Below, piece by piece: positions 18,058 to 28,493 of a stretch of 64,000 bases of DNA. Origin of the DNA: Myxococcota bacterium (lineage in GTDB: Bacteria; Myxococcota; UBA4151). Below the pieces are notes generated by a model, which had not been told where the DNA came from, ran no database searches, and saw nothing but the letters and a program-made list of their open reading frames with translations. The stretch lies in assembly GCA_036338695.1 (NCBI GenBank), contig JAYZBQ010000059.1, positions 132 to 64,131 on the forward strand. The letters are read 5' to 3'. Positions within the stretch are counted from its first letter, which is position 1. Each line of letters begins with the position of its first letter. Both the position numbers and the translations under genes were made by a program.

Positions 18058-18417
18058 TCATTCTTCGTCATCGCTGGCCGCACGGGGTCCCCCCTGAGCC
18101 TGCGAGGTGGCGCTATTGTCAGCCTGAGAACCTTGGGTCAAGGCAAATACGGCGCCGAGCAGACCCGCTGTGGCCAGATGGGCAGCGGCCTGCAGGGCTT
18201 CACTCTGCCCCTGCATCCACAGCAGCGCCTCAAGGGTGAGGACCGCGCTCAAAGCGCAGCCGGCAGCAGAGCTTGGGGATCGGCAAAGGAGCGCCGAGGC
18301 GCCCGCAGCGATGAGCGGCGTCGCCCAAGGTGAGGTCACCCCCAGCAGGTCGAGCAGGCTGGACGGCGCCAGCGCCGTGACGATGAGCACGGCGACGAAC
18401 GGGAACAGCGCCGTCAT
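18058..18417 (-). CDS. Small hypothetical membrane protein
   Basis: ATGA overlap with the truA stop. Several hydrophobic segments. Confidence 0.55.
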   Translation of the reverse strand: MTALFPFVAVLIVTALAPSSLLDLLGVTSPWATPLIAAGASALLCRSPSSAAGCALSAVLTLEALLWMQGQSEALQAAAHLATAGLLGAVFALTQGSQADNSATSQAQGGPRAASDDEE

Positions 18418-19268
18418 GGACTCACTCGCCAAGGCGCTCCAGGCCAGCTTAGCCCGCTGGGCAGCTGCGCCTCTTCTTCTTGGCCGACGGTGTACATCTG
18501 CCAGAGCGTCAGCCCTTTAGCGGGCGCCGTGATCCCCGCGCTGCGCCGGTCACGAGCACTGAGGATCCGGGCGACGTCCGCAGGCGCTGTGTGACCGCGC
18601 CCGACGTCGACCAGCGTCCCCGCAAGGATCCGCACTTGGTGGTGGCAAAAGGCGTTGCCTCGAACGTCGAGCTCGATCAACCACCCAGCCTGTTCGCCAG
18701 GTGGCAGGTCGGGGTGGTCTATGTTGCGCTTGGCGCGGAGATACCAAAGGGCGCGCCGTGCATGCGCTGCTTGGCAATGCGTCGAGCGAAAGCTCTCAAA
18801 ATCCTGCTCGCCGGTCAGCAGTTCAGCCGCTTGATTCATCGCGTCGAGGTTGAGCCGGTGGCGACCTGGGCGTAGCCAGCAGAGGGGCTCGAGCGACGGT
18901 GGTGCGGCCCCGCCGCACCAGATCCTGTAGACATAGCGTTTACCAAAGACCCCCTGTTTCGGGTGCCAATCGGGTTCGACCTCGGCGCTCTCGTAGACGC
19001 GGACCTGCGCTGGGAGTCGCGCATTGAGCGCAATCATGAGGCGCTGCGCGTCGACGCGCGCGTCCCCGGCGAGTAGAGCACGTTGGTCACGAGCGTGAAC
19101 CCCGGAGTCCGTGCGCGAGGCGCCGAGCAGCCGCGGGGTCCCCTCAAACAGGGGCGCGGCGGCGTCCAAGACCGCCTGCGCAACGGACGGGTGTGGCCCC
19201 TGCAGCTGCCAGCCGCAGAAGGGTTGGCCGTCGTAGCCGAGCCGCAGAGCGAAATGAACGTTGCGCAA
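18414..19268 (-). CDS. truA: tRNA pseudouridine(38-40) synthase
   Basis: YDGQPFCGWQ, ASRTDSGVHARDQ, DFESF, GNAFCHHQVRILAG, TAPAKGL. Confidence 0.95.
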   Translation of the reverse strand: MRNVHFALRLGYDGQPFCGWQLQGPHPSVAQAVLDAAAPLFEGTPRLLGASRTDSGVHARDQRALLAGDARVDAQRLMIALNARLPAQVRVYESAEVEPDWHPKQGVFGKRYVYRIWCGGAAPPSLEPLCWLRPGRHRLNLDAMNQAAELLTGEQDFESFRSTHCQAAHARRALWYLRAKRNIDHPDLPPGEQAGWLIELDVRGNAFCHHQVRILAGTLVDVGRGHTAPADVARILSARDRRSAGITAPAKGLTLWQMYTVGQEEEAQLPSGLSWPGAPWRVSP

Positions 19269-19329
19269 TGGTGAACGGCTCCTTATCGTGCAGCACGTCG
19301 AACAGGCGTGAACGAGGGGACCCTTTCAG

Positions 19330-19767
19330 ATGCGATCCGTGACGCTATGTCTAGTTCTTTTGGTGGGCTCCGGCTGCGCAGCACCGGCGGGGTCCGGTAG
19401 CCTAACGGCGCTGATCGCTGATCCCGGCGACGACCGAGTGATCCTCGTTGGCGAGAGCACGACGCTCTCGGGGTTGCGTTCGTGCGATACCGAGGAGACG
19501 GCGACCGGGGGCTTAGGGTACTCTTGGACGCTCCTCGAGAAGCCTGAGGGCAGCGCCGTTGCGCCCGACACGAACCAGCTGGCGTCGGTTCAGTTTGGGA
19601 TCACGGCGGACGTGGCGGGGACCTACCTCTTTCGACTCGTCGTCACCAACGGGAGCCGCTCATCGCAGCCAGAGATCGTCGTTGTCGAGGCGACGACCGA
19701 TGAAGACCGGTTGACGGCGCCAGCGATCACCCCCGAGACCGAGGACCGCTGCGGGAACGCGCTGTGA
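19330..19767 (+). CDS. Lipoprotein with PKD/Ig-like domain
   Basis: Lipobox GSGC, then ADPGDD...LSG...YSWTLLEKPEGS...DVAGTYLFRLVVTNG. Confidence 0.75.
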   Translation: MRSVTLCLVLLVGSGCAAPAGSGSLTALIADPGDDRVILVGESTTLSGLRSCDTEETATGGLGYSWTLLEKPEGSAVAPDTNQLASVQFGITADVAGTYLFRLVVTNGSRSSQPEIVVVEATTDEDRLTAPAITPETEDRCGNAL

Positions 19768-20825
19768 CCTCGACCGGGCTCCGCGTCGCCGTCGTCGGCG
19801 CCACCGGAGCTGTGGGGCGAGAGCTCCTGACGATCCTCGAAGAGCGCCGCTTCCCGGCGGCGTCCGTGCGCGCCTTTGCGTCGGAGCGTTCAGCCGGTGA
19901 GTTTGTCTCGTTTGGTGGCGAGGACATCGCCGTCGAAGCGCTCGATGCGCGAAACCGCAGCGAGTCTTTTGATCTTGCGCTCTTCTCAGCCGGGTCCGAG
20001 TTGAGCTTGAAGCATGCGCCGGAGTTCGCTGCGGCGGGCGCTTGGGTCGTGGACAACAGCTCGGCTTTCCGAGGCGACGAGGGCTGCACCTTGGTGGTTC
20101 CCGAGATCAACAGCCACCGGTTGCGGGAGGCCACAAAGCAGATCGTCGCCAACCCCAATTGTACGACCATCGCTTTGGTGCAGACGCTGTTCCCGCTCGC
20201 CCAGCTGCAGCGGGTCAAGCGCGTGGTGGTCAGCACCTACCAATCGGTGAGTGGAGCCGGTCAAGCGGGTATGGATGAGCTCGAGAGCCAGGTCCGTAAC
20301 CTCCTCAATGGGATCCCGCCGGACATCAAGACCTTCTCCGAGCGCATCGCGTTCAATTGCCTGCCGCTCATCGGCGCCCCCGACGAAGACGGGGTCACCG
20401 AGGAGGAGCGCAAGATCGTTCGTGAGACGCGCCGAATCCTCTCGGATGAGCGGATCGCCATCTCAGCGACGGCGGTGCGGGTCCCGGTGTTTATCGGTCA
20501 CTCGCTCTCGGTCAATGTCGAGTTTGAGGGTGACCTTGACCCTGAAGCGGCGGCGCAGGCTATGGCGGATCACGCCGGTGTTTTGGTGACCGATCGCGAG
20601 AGTCACCTCGCGACGCCGACGACCGCAGACATCGCCGGTGAGGACATGGTCCTGGTTGGACGCTTGCGGCGTGACCGCTCGGTCGAGCACGGGCTGGCGT
20701 ACTGGGTGGTCAGCGACAACCTTCGCAAGGGCGCTGCGCTCAACGCCGTCCAAATTGCCGAGAGCCTGATTCAGCGCGATCTTATGGGGGCGACATCACT
20801 CGACGCCGTGAGGGGGAACGCATGA
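19764..20825 (+). CDS. asd: Aspartate-semialdehyde dehydrogenase
   Basis: VVGATGAVG, DNSSAFR, ANPNCTT, TYQSVSGAG, VRVPVFIGHS, DNLRKGAALNAVQIAE. Confidence 0.97.
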   Translation: MTSTGLRVAVVGATGAVGRELLTILEERRFPAASVRAFASERSAGEFVSFGGEDIAVEALDARNRSESFDLALFSAGSELSLKHAPEFAAAGAWVVDNSSAFRGDEGCTLVVPEINSHRLREATKQIVANPNCTTIALVQTLFPLAQLQRVKRVVVSTYQSVSGAGQAGMDELESQVRNLLNGIPPDIKTFSERIAFNCLPLIGAPDEDGVTEEERKIVRETRRILSDERIAISATAVRVPVFIGHSLSVNVEFEGDLDPEAAAQAMADHAGVLVTDRESHLATPTTADIAGEDMVLVGRLRRDRSVEHGLAYWVVSDNLRKGAALNAVQIAESLIQRDLMGATSLDAVRGNA

Positions 20826-21148
20826 CCGGAGCGGATAAGCGTGAGCACAAACGCGCCGCCATCCCGTTGCTTATCCAGTACCGCTTCTCGCCGTTCGAGC
20901 GCTACGAAACAGACTACTCGGCCAACATCTCGGCAGGCGGCTTGTTCATTCACTGTGACCAACCCCCAGCCAATGTCTCGACGATCCTGCTCCGCTTCCT
21001 CCCGCGCGATGGCTCACGCGTCATCCTCGCCCAAGGGGAGGTCGTGCGTGCGACCGCGAGCGGCCTAGCGGTCAAGTTTTTACAGATCGACCCGGCGGAC
21101 CAAGGCTTTCTTGAGGCGCTGATCGAAGGCGCCGAGGGCGTCGTCTAG
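20822..21148 (+). CDS. PilZ domain protein (TIGR02266-like)
   Basis: DKREHKR (RxxxR), NISAGGLFI, GEVVR, GLAVKF. Confidence 0.85.
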   Translation: MTGADKREHKRAAIPLLIQYRFSPFERYETDYSANISAGGLFIHCDQPPANVSTILLRFLPRDGSRVILAQGEVVRATASGLAVKFLQIDPADQGFLEALIEGAEGVV

Positions 21149-21163
21149 AGGCGCTATCTCGGC

Positions 21164-22759
21164 TTACTTCTTCCCGTAAGCTGTCCACAGCACAACACCG
21201 TCCACCTCGTGCTGGTGCAGGACCGGTCGCCCGGAGAGCGTGAGCGCGAGGTCACTGAACGTTCGCCAGCGCCGCTCGTGGGTGAGGATCACGATCTCCG
21301 CCGACTGCGCGTGGCTGAGCCGCAGGTCCGGTCTTAGGTCACCCCGCCGGATCATGTAGGGCGCTGAGCGGACGTACTCCTTGTGGTTTGGCTCAAAATG
21401 AACTCGAGCGGACGCGGGCTGCTCGTTGAGCCAGCGCGTGAGGCTAGGGTCGAACATGTCGTAATACTGTCGCTCAAAGCCGCGTGTCACGGCGCCCGGA
21501 AGACCGCCAACATGATGACCGTAACTGCTCAGTTCGTGCCCGCTGAAACGGACGGTGTCGATCAGCCCTGTGCTCAGCATCACGGCGGCGAGCGCGACGC
21601 CCCAAGCTGCGGAACCGAAGCGTTGATGCACCACTTGGGTTAGCGCTTGGCGGAGCTGGACAAAGCCGATGCCTGCGGCGACGGCGAACAGCGGAAAGAA
21701 AGGGAGAAACAGTTTAACACCGCCGTATTTGGGGACGGGTGAGAAGGCGACGGTGCCGATCGCCACCACGGCGTGGATCAGCAAGAAGCGCGCAAAGCGA
21801 CCGTCCTCGTCTTGACGCCCAAAGCGACCGACAAGCGCCGCTAAGCCGACCAGACCGCTGACCAAGGTGAGCGTGGGGAGCGCAGCCCACGCGAGCTTGA
21901 ACGGCGCGTGCCATGGGGCGAACGGGCGATCCCAGATCTGCCCCTCATAGAAGAGGTAGATGGGGTAATGTTTGGTGTGAAAGCTGACATAGGCGCCGTA
22001 GCGGCTGATGGTGTCCGTCCACATATGAGGCCAGAGCGCGATCTGGACGGCGAAGCCGACGCTGGGCACCACGATCATCCACAGCGGGACCACGGGCAGC
22101 CTCAACCCGTCCGACTGCTTCGTTGCGGTCCAGAGGTTCTGTATGAGCCAATAAAGGCCGCACCCGATCAAGGCGAAGGGGGCGTTGAGCTTACTCGCCA
22201 GCGCCAAGCCAAAGACCAGCCCCATGATGACGGGCGCCCGCCAGCCCGGTTTCCGGTGCAGGTGCCAGAAGCACAGTAAGAAAGCGCTCGTCGTTGCAGC
22301 GACGGTCATGTCTAAGGTGGGCACGCGCCCATGGAACGCGAAGCGCGGAAAGAGCAGCAAGGCGAGCCCCGCGAACCAGGCGGCGAGTGGCCCAGCACGT
22401 GAGTACGTCAAGCCGAATGTGACCATGATCGCAAGCGCCAACATGGCGCAGATTCCCAGCCTCGACGCCTGCGGCGACGACCACCAACCGAGCAGGTCGT
22501 GACCGAGCAAGCGGCCTGCGCCGATGAGGTATTTGGCGAGCGGTGGATGCTCTCGGTTGTGGCTGAAGTGCGCGTCGATCTGGGTTCGGCGCAGCGCCTG
22601 CGTCGGCTGCGTCAGGAGCTTTTTGCCCCAGCGTACGTAGGCGTGACCTGCGTGTTGGTAAAAGTCGTCGTCGTCGGTGATCCCGACCGTTGGGAGCGTC
22701 GCAACCGCCGCGCTGAAGCTGAGTACCCCGATCAGGAGCAGTTGATGGCGCGGGCTCAT
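21164..22759 (-). CDS. Membrane glycosyltransferase, GT-C fold (ArnT/PMT family)
   Basis: TDDDDFY, EHPPLAK, PRFAFHG, GLALASK, many TM helices. Start ATG 22759 overlaps the upstream stop. Confidence 0.85.
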   Translation of the reverse strand: MSPRHQLLLIGVLSFSAAVATLPTVGITDDDDFYQHAGHAYVRWGKKLLTQPTQALRRTQIDAHFSHNREHPPLAKYLIGAGRLLGHDLLGWWSSPQASRLGICAMLALAIMVTFGLTYSRAGPLAAWFAGLALLLFPRFAFHGRVPTLDMTVAATTSAFLLCFWHLHRKPGWRAPVIMGLVFGLALASKLNAPFALIGCGLYWLIQNLWTATKQSDGLRLPVVPLWMIVVPSVGFAVQIALWPHMWTDTISRYGAYVSFHTKHYPIYLFYEGQIWDRPFAPWHAPFKLAWAALPTLTLVSGLVGLAALVGRFGRQDEDGRFARFLLIHAVVAIGTVAFSPVPKYGGVKLFLPFFPLFAVAAGIGFVQLRQALTQVVHQRFGSAAWGVALAAVMLSTGLIDTVRFSGHELSSYGHHVGGLPGAVTRGFERQYYDMFDPSLTRWLNEQPASARVHFEPNHKEYVRSAPYMIRRGDLRPDLRLSHAQSAEIVILTHERRWRTFSDLALTLSGRPVLHQHEVDGVVLWTAYGKK

Positions 22760-23592
22760 CGGATGGTCCCCCGGAAACAATGATGGCGCTGCCCATCCGC
22801 TCGCGCCCGAACACGCACCTCGAGGAAGCCTTTCACTTGGTGGGTCGAGCGCCGCCAGCCGTCGTTGTTGCCGGCTTTCAGGGAGGCTTTCCCGCCCTCC
22901 CAGCGGAGCTCGACCTGCACGGGTTGGCGATTGCTTGAGCGCGAGGCCGTGTCGCTCAAGCCATGCTCGAACTCGAGCGCGCCGCTCGGGATTTGATCAT
23001 AGCGGATCGTCAACTCGCGATTTTCGGAAGGGGGATGAGCCCAGAGGCAGTCATGGGTTGCCCCGGAGCGGTTGAGGCGAGTCGGTGAGACGTGCATCCA
23101 GTCCGGTAAATGAGCGCAGCGCACCCCCCCGTTGTGGGGTTGACGACACGCTTTGCCAGCAGCTCGCACCGAGGCGCTGAGCAGGTGGTCTTGTGCTCGC
23201 CACAGCGCGCTGCCCGCGGCGCGCGCAAAATGCGTCAGATAGAGCCCTTGCGGACGATCCGCTTTGGGCATCTCCTCAGCATACAGCTCGCCGAGACCTT
23301 GCTCCAAAAATCGGTGGCGCCCGATCACCCACAAGCGCCGGATGCGCCCCCTAGGTTCAGGGAGTGCGAGCCGCACGGTCAGGCCGGCTGCTTGGAGCAC
23401 CTCGAGGCCTTCTGTGCTGCCGCCGTTGTGCAGCAAAACGGTGTCGTCCTTTGCGTGCTTGATCAGGTATTTTGCGGCGGCTTCCCAAGTCGCCTCTGGC
23501 AGCGGTGACGTCGCGCGCTGCCACTCGCTTGCGATCACGACGAAGAGCGAGACCGCAAGGGTTGCGACCAGGATTTTGGGCAAGCTTTTCAT
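22756..23592 (-). CDS. Hypothetical membrane-anchored periplasmic protein
   Basis: N-terminal TM and a Cys-containing beta-sandwich-like C-terminus (CLWAHP). Translationally coupled on both sides. Confidence 0.75.
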   Translation of the reverse strand: MKSLPKILVATLAVSLFVVIASEWQRATSPLPEATWEAAAKYLIKHAKDDTVLLHNGGSTEGLEVLQAAGLTVRLALPEPRGRIRRLWVIGRHRFLEQGLGELYAEEMPKADRPQGLYLTHFARAAGSALWRAQDHLLSASVRAAGKACRQPHNGGVRCAHLPDWMHVSPTRLNRSGATHDCLWAHPPSENRELTIRYDQIPSGALEFEHGLSDTASRSSNRQPVQVELRWEGGKASLKAGNNDGWRRSTHQVKGFLEVRVRARADGQRHHCFRGTIR

Positions 23593-25472
23593 CGCCCCGT
23601 CGTCTCCGCAAAGGCGCTGAGCGCACAGAGATTCCAGAGGATCTTTGCATGGTTGCGTTTGCCGCTTAGGTGTTCGTTACGCAGCTTCTCGACGACCGCA
23701 GGGCGCACGAGGTTATGTCGCCTAAGCAGCGCCGGATCGAGCAGCTCGCCTGACCAATCTTTGAGCGGTCCTCGAAGCCAGGCTGCGAGCGGGATCCCGA
23801 ACCCCTTCTTCGGTCGCTTCACGATCGCCTCGGGGAGGTGCTGCTGGGCTAAGCGACGCAAGGCGACCTTGGTCTGAGTTCCCTTGACTCGAAGACTGTC
23901 GTGACAGCGCGCCGCCTGCGTGACCACGCGATGATCGAGGAAGGGGGCGCGCACCTCCAGGCTGTGCATCATGCTCGCTCGGTCGACTTTTTGCAGGACA
24001 CCCGCCGCCAGATAAGTGCCCGCATACACGCTCGAGAGGCGCTGCAGTTGCGACCCTTGGCTCGATTGCCAGAGTGCTCGACTCGGCTCGTAACGGCTCG
24101 CACCGGCGCGGTCGGGCATGAGCGCATCGAGGACGCTCGGCAGCGCGCCGCCGATCCAGATTTGGTGCCGCTCGGGCAGGGGATGCCCTGCCCCCCCCAG
24201 GAAGCGCTTGAGCTTGTACTCGGCGGTGTAGTGTCCCGTGCCGGTCGGGAGCACCCGGTCCGCCAGCGCATGCCCCGCGCGCCAGAGCCCTTGGGGCGCC
24301 CAGTTGAAGGGGCGCCTGAGCTGCTCTGCGACGAAGGTGGCGTAGCCCAAGAAGAGCTCGTCACCCCCGTCACCCCCTAAGGCCACGGTGACGTGCTCGC
24401 GCGCAAACTGGCTTAGGATGCTGGTGGGGATGATGCTCGGGTCGGCGAAGGGCTCATCGAGCGATGAAAAGATCTTCGGGACGACCTCCAGCAGATCGTC
24501 CGGCCCGATCACCTTGCAGTGATGTCGGACACCTAAGTGATCGGCGACGGCTTGGGCGTGTTCGCTCTCATCGAAGCTCCTTTCACGAAAACCGATGGCG
24601 AAGGTTTTGAGCTGAGCTGGGTCGGTGTGCCGGATGGCGTAAGCCGTGACCAAGCTCGAGTCGATCCCGCCGGATAAGAAGATGCCCAGCGGGACGTCCG
24701 CGACGAGGCGAGCTTGGACGGCGCGATCGATCGCCTGGTCCAGGTCGGTCAAGGCGTCTGTGCTGGTCGCCTCGGCGCCGAAGGGGATCGACCAGTACGG
24801 TCTGCGCTCGACGCCGCCGAGCGGCTCGTCGCGGTTGAGAATCCAGACCTCTCCCGGGCGGACCTTTTCGACGCCTTCAAAGATCCCTTCGCTGTCGGGG
24901 ACGAAGTCGTAGGCGAGGAAGCGCGCGACGGCGTCGCGGTCAAAGCGGTTAAGGGCGTGGTCCTCTGCGTGGAAGGCTTTGAGCTCGCTGGTGAAACCCC
25001 ACACAAGGCCCGGGACCAAACCGGCGTTGACGGCGAAGAGCGGTTTCTGGCCCATTCGGTCGCGCGCCGCCCAGACCAGCCCGCGCTCGGCGTCGTCCAC
25101 GACCACGGCGAACATGCCGTTGAGCTTGTCAAGGCAGTCGGGCCCCCACTGCGCTGCGGCGTGAGCGAGGACCTCGGTGTCGGAGTCGAGCGCGAATTCG
25201 TGTCCTAAGGCTTCGAGCTCGCGTCGTAAGGCTCTAAAGTTGTAGATCTCGCCGTTGAAGCTGATGCGCACGCCTCGAGGTCCGCGCATGGGCTGCTTCG
25301 CCCCATGGACGTCGATGATCGCCAAGCGCCGATGCGCCAATCCGACGTGACCGACGATGTCCACGCCGGAGCCGTCCGGGCCGCGATGGGTCATGCGATC
25401 GTTCATACGTTCGAGCTGGTCGCGTCGGGGCTGAGAGCCGGGCACACCGACCCAAGCGAGGACACCGCACAT
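23589..25472 (-). CDS. asnB: Asparagine synthase (glutamine-hydrolyzing) family amidotransferase
   Basis: MCG N-terminus, HRGPD, HRRLAIID, FNGEIYN, LSGGIDSS, GDGGDELF, EVRAPFLD, KKGF. Confidence 0.95.
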   Translation of the reverse strand: MCGVLAWVGVPGSQPRRDQLERMNDRMTHRGPDGSGVDIVGHVGLAHRRLAIIDVHGAKQPMRGPRGVRISFNGEIYNFRALRRELEALGHEFALDSDTEVLAHAAAQWGPDCLDKLNGMFAVVVDDAERGLVWAARDRMGQKPLFAVNAGLVPGLVWGFTSELKAFHAEDHALNRFDRDAVARFLAYDFVPDSEGIFEGVEKVRPGEVWILNRDEPLGGVERRPYWSIPFGAEATSTDALTDLDQAIDRAVQARLVADVPLGIFLSGGIDSSLVTAYAIRHTDPAQLKTFAIGFRERSFDESEHAQAVADHLGVRHHCKVIGPDDLLEVVPKIFSSLDEPFADPSIIPTSILSQFAREHVTVALGGDGGDELFLGYATFVAEQLRRPFNWAPQGLWRAGHALADRVLPTGTGHYTAEYKLKRFLGGAGHPLPERHQIWIGGALPSVLDALMPDRAGASRYEPSRALWQSSQGSQLQRLSSVYAGTYLAAGVLQKVDRASMMHSLEVRAPFLDHRVVTQAARCHDSLRVKGTQTKVALRRLAQQHLPEAIVKRPKKGFGIPLAAWLRGPLKDWSGELLDPALLRRHNLVRPAVVEKLRNEHLSGKRNHAKILWNLCALSAFAETTGR

Positions 25473-25493
25473 GGTCAGCGCGTCGCAGCGTGA

Positions 25494-26444
25494 TCAGGCG
25501 TCATCAAAACCGACTCGCCGCTTGACCAGATAGGTGCGCTTATCCTGGCTCTCGTAGAAGGTCCTCATCTGCAGGTCCGCCAGGATGCCCATGAGGATCG
25601 ACTGAATACCGATCAGGAACAAGAAGATGGCGAGCAAGATCACGGGGTTCTTATGCACCATCGTCCCGAACACGAACTTCTCGACCAAGGTCTCGACGCC
25701 GCACAGCACCCCGAGCGAACACATCGTCAGCCCGAAGCCGCCGAACATGTAGATCGGCTTTTGTCCGTAATCGCCTAAGAACTTGACCACGAAGAGGTCG
25801 AGCAAGACCTTGAAGGTTCGATTCAGACCGTAGTTCGAGGTCCCGTGCTCTCGCGCACGGTGGAGCACAGGCAGCTCAGTGACACGGGCGCCTTGCCACT
25901 TGGCGTAGATCGGGATGAAGCGGTGCATCTCCCCGTAGAGACGTACGTTCTCGATCACGTCACGCCGGTAGGCTTTGAGCGAGCAGCCGTAGTCGTGGAG
26001 CGGGACGCCGCCGATTTTACCGATCAGCCAGTTCGCCATACGACTCGGCAGTTTGCGCGTGAGCGCTTTGTCCTGACGATCCTTTCGCCAGCCGCTGACC
26101 ACGTCGTAGCCCTCGTCGAGCTTGGCGAGCAGTTTGGGGATCTCGCTCGGAGGGTTTTGTAGGTCGGCGTCGAGAGGGACGATGACCTCACCGGTCGCGT
26201 GGTCAATGCCCGCTTGCATCGCTGCGGTTTGTCCGTGGTTTCGTCGAAAGATCACCGCCTTGTAGCGTGGGTTCTCATGCGCCTGCGCCGCGATCATCTC
26301 AGCGGTGCGGTCCGCCGAGCCGTCGTCGACTAAGATCACCTCAGCGTCGAGTCCAGCGGCGTCGATCACCTCATCGATCTCTTGCACGAGATAAGGCAGA
26401 GACTCTTCTTCGTTGTAGCAGGGGATAACCAGCGAGATTTTCAT
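25494..26444 (-). CDS. GT2 polyprenol-phosphate glycosyltransferase (ArnC/GtrB-like)
   Basis: VIPCYNEE, VDDGSAD, RNHGQTAA, DADLQ, YGEMHRFIP, two C-terminal TMs. Start ATG 26444. Confidence 0.93.
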   Translation of the reverse strand: MKISLVIPCYNEEESLPYLVQEIDEVIDAAGLDAEVILVDDGSADRTAEMIAAQAHENPRYKAVIFRRNHGQTAAMQAGIDHATGEVIVPLDADLQNPPSEIPKLLAKLDEGYDVVSGWRKDRQDKALTRKLPSRMANWLIGKIGGVPLHDYGCSLKAYRRDVIENVRLYGEMHRFIPIYAKWQGARVTELPVLHRAREHGTSNYGLNRTFKVLLDLFVVKFLGDYGQKPIYMFGGFGLTMCSLGVLCGVETLVEKFVFGTMVHKNPVILLAIFLFLIGIQSILMGILADLQMRTFYESQDKRTYLVKRRVGFDDA

Positions 26445-26589
26445 GGGGGGCGCATAACGCAGGATCCAGCGATTGGCTACGGACAAGCGAACGAAGCAAA
26501 ATGCCGACTTTACGCGGTGCTCGGTCAGCCGGGCGTTGACCCGGCCGGCTTTTTGGTGTGCATGGCAAGCGCAAAGGGGAATTGTAGCT

Positions 26590-27213
26590 ATGGGCATAAT
26601 TCGAGCAGGGCTTGCCTTGTTGCTCATCACCGCCGGCTGCCGGATGCCTCAAGGTGGGGTCGCACCGCGCTTGGAGCAGGAGTGGAAGATCTCCATCGGC
26701 AACACCATCAGCGGTGATGACTTTGAGGTGATCGGCGGGACCTGGACGGTCGATAACGGCGCCATCCGCTCGCTCGGCGAGCAGAACAACCACCCGTTGT
26801 GGCTGAAGCGGCGTATCCCGGACGCCTTCGAGATCAGCTTTGAGGCGCGCGCGCAGAGCGCCGCCGTCGACCACAAGATTGAGTTCTGCGGCGACGGGGT
26901 GCGTCACGAGTCAGGTTATATCGCCATCCTGGGCGGCTGGAGTAACTCGATCTCGGTGATCGCACGTCAAGATGAGCACGAGAAAAACCGAAAAGAGCTT
27001 AAGGGGTCCTGGAAGCGTGACCACTGGTACAAACACCGGCTCAGGCGAACGTTTGACGGCCGGAGAGGGCGCATCGAGTGGTTCGTTGACGGTCGCTTGA
27101 TGATGGAGCGCGTCGACAACAAGCCGCTGCGGGGTCCAGGCCACGACCGGATCGCCTTCAACAACTGGAAGACCGACGTGTCGTTCCGAAACATCGTCGT
27201 CAAGCCGCTGTAG
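26590..27213 (+). CDS. Lipoprotein with concanavalin-like beta-sandwich domain
   Basis: LLLITAGC lipobox, [36 protein letters not shown]. Confidence 0.75.
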   Translation: MGIIRAGLALLLITAGCRMPQGGVAPRLEQEWKISIGNTISGDDFEVIGGTWTVDNGAIRSLGEQNNHPLWLKRRIPDAFEISFEARAQSAAVDHKIEFCGDGVRHESGYIAILGGWSNSISVIARQDEHEKNRKELKGSWKRDHWYKHRLRRTFDGRRGRIEWFVDGRLMMERVDNKPLRGPGHDRIAFNNWKTDVSFRNIVVKPL

Positions 27214-27215
27214 CC

Positions 27216-28493
27216 ATGGATTATTTAGAGATTCACGGCGGACAGCCGCTCGAGGGACAGGTCAAGATCAGCGGCGCGAAGAACGCCACCTTGCCGCTCA
27301 TTGCGGCGACCTTGCTCACAGAAGAGACCGTCCATCTGCGGCGCGTGCCGCACCGCTTAGTCGACGTTCAGACGATGACGCGCCTGTTGGTCGGGCTCGG
27401 ATGCGAGGCGACCCAGCGAAGCGGCGGGCGCTTTGATCTGACCACCCCGGTGATCGAGGAGACGACCGCAAGCTACGACTTGGTCCGGACGATGCGCGCC
27501 TCGGTGCTGGTGCTCGGCCCGCTGCTGGCGCGCCATGGCGAGGCTCGGGTGAGCCTGCCGGGTGGCTGCGCCATTGGCGCACGACCTGTGGACCAACACC
27601 TCAAGGCGATGGAGCGCCTGGGCGCCAAGATTGAACTCGAGGGCGGCTATGTCGTAGCGAAGGCGCCGCGCGGGGGGCTGCGCGGGGGGACGATCGTCTT
27701 TGATATGGTGACCGTCGGCGGCACTGAGAACGCCCTGATGGCAGCCGTGCTCGCGCAAGGTACGAGCATCATTGAGAACGCCGCACGCGAGCCAGAGATC
27801 GTTGAGCTTGCGGATCTGCTCCAGGCGATGGGCGCCCAGATCGAGGGCGCCGGGACGTCGGTGATTCGTGTCGAGGGCGTGCCGCGTCTACACGGCTGCA
27901 CGCACACCGTACGCCCGGATCGGATCGAGGCGGGCACGATGCTCTGCGCGGCTGCTGCGAGTGGTGGTCACATCGAGCTGGACCGTTGTCCGACGCACGC
28001 GCTCGACGCCTTGATCGCCAAGCTACGTGAGGCGGGATGCAAGATCACCACCCTCGGTGATGAGCCTTATGCGCCGGTTCGAATTAAGGCGCCGGCGCGG
28101 CCGCGAGCGGTTGACGTTACGACGGCGGCACATCCTGGTTTTCCCACCGACATGCAGGCTCAGTTCATGGCGGTGATGGCGGTCGCAAAGGGGCGCTCGG
28201 TCATCCAAGAGACGATCTTTGAGAATCGGTTCATGCACGCGCCGGAGCTGCAGCGAATGGGTGCCGATATCGTGATCAACGGGAATCAGGCGGTGGTGCG
28301 CGGGGTGAGTCGCTTGAGCGGCGCGCCCGTGACGGCGTCGGATCTACGCGCCTCGGCGAGTCTCGTGATCGCCGGGTTGGTGGCCGAGGGCGAGACGGTG
28401 CTGCGCCGTATTTACCATCTCGATCGTGGTTATGAGCTGCTCGAGCGTAAGCTTCAGCGGCTCGGTGCCAAGGTTCACCGACGCCACGGATGA
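27216..28493 (+). CDS. murA: UDP-N-acetylglucosamine 1-carboxyvinyltransferase
   Basis: [50 protein letters not shown]. Confidence 0.98.
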   Translation: MDYLEIHGGQPLEGQVKISGAKNATLPLIAATLLTEETVHLRRVPHRLVDVQTMTRLLVGLGCEATQRSGGRFDLTTPVIEETTASYDLVRTMRASVLVLGPLLARHGEARVSLPGGCAIGARPVDQHLKAMERLGAKIELEGGYVVAKAPRGGLRGGTIVFDMVTVGGTENALMAAVLAQGTSIIENAAREPEIVELADLLQAMGAQIEGAGTSVIRVEGVPRLHGCTHTVRPDRIEAGTMLCAAAASGGHIELDRCPTHALDALIAKLREAGCKITTLGDEPYAPVRIKAPARPRAVDVTTAAHPGFPTDMQAQFMAVMAVAKGRSVIQETIFENRFMHAPELQRMGADIVINGNQAVVRGVSRLSGAPVTASDLRASASLVIAGLVAEGETVLRRIYHLDRGYELLERKLQRLGAKVHRRHG

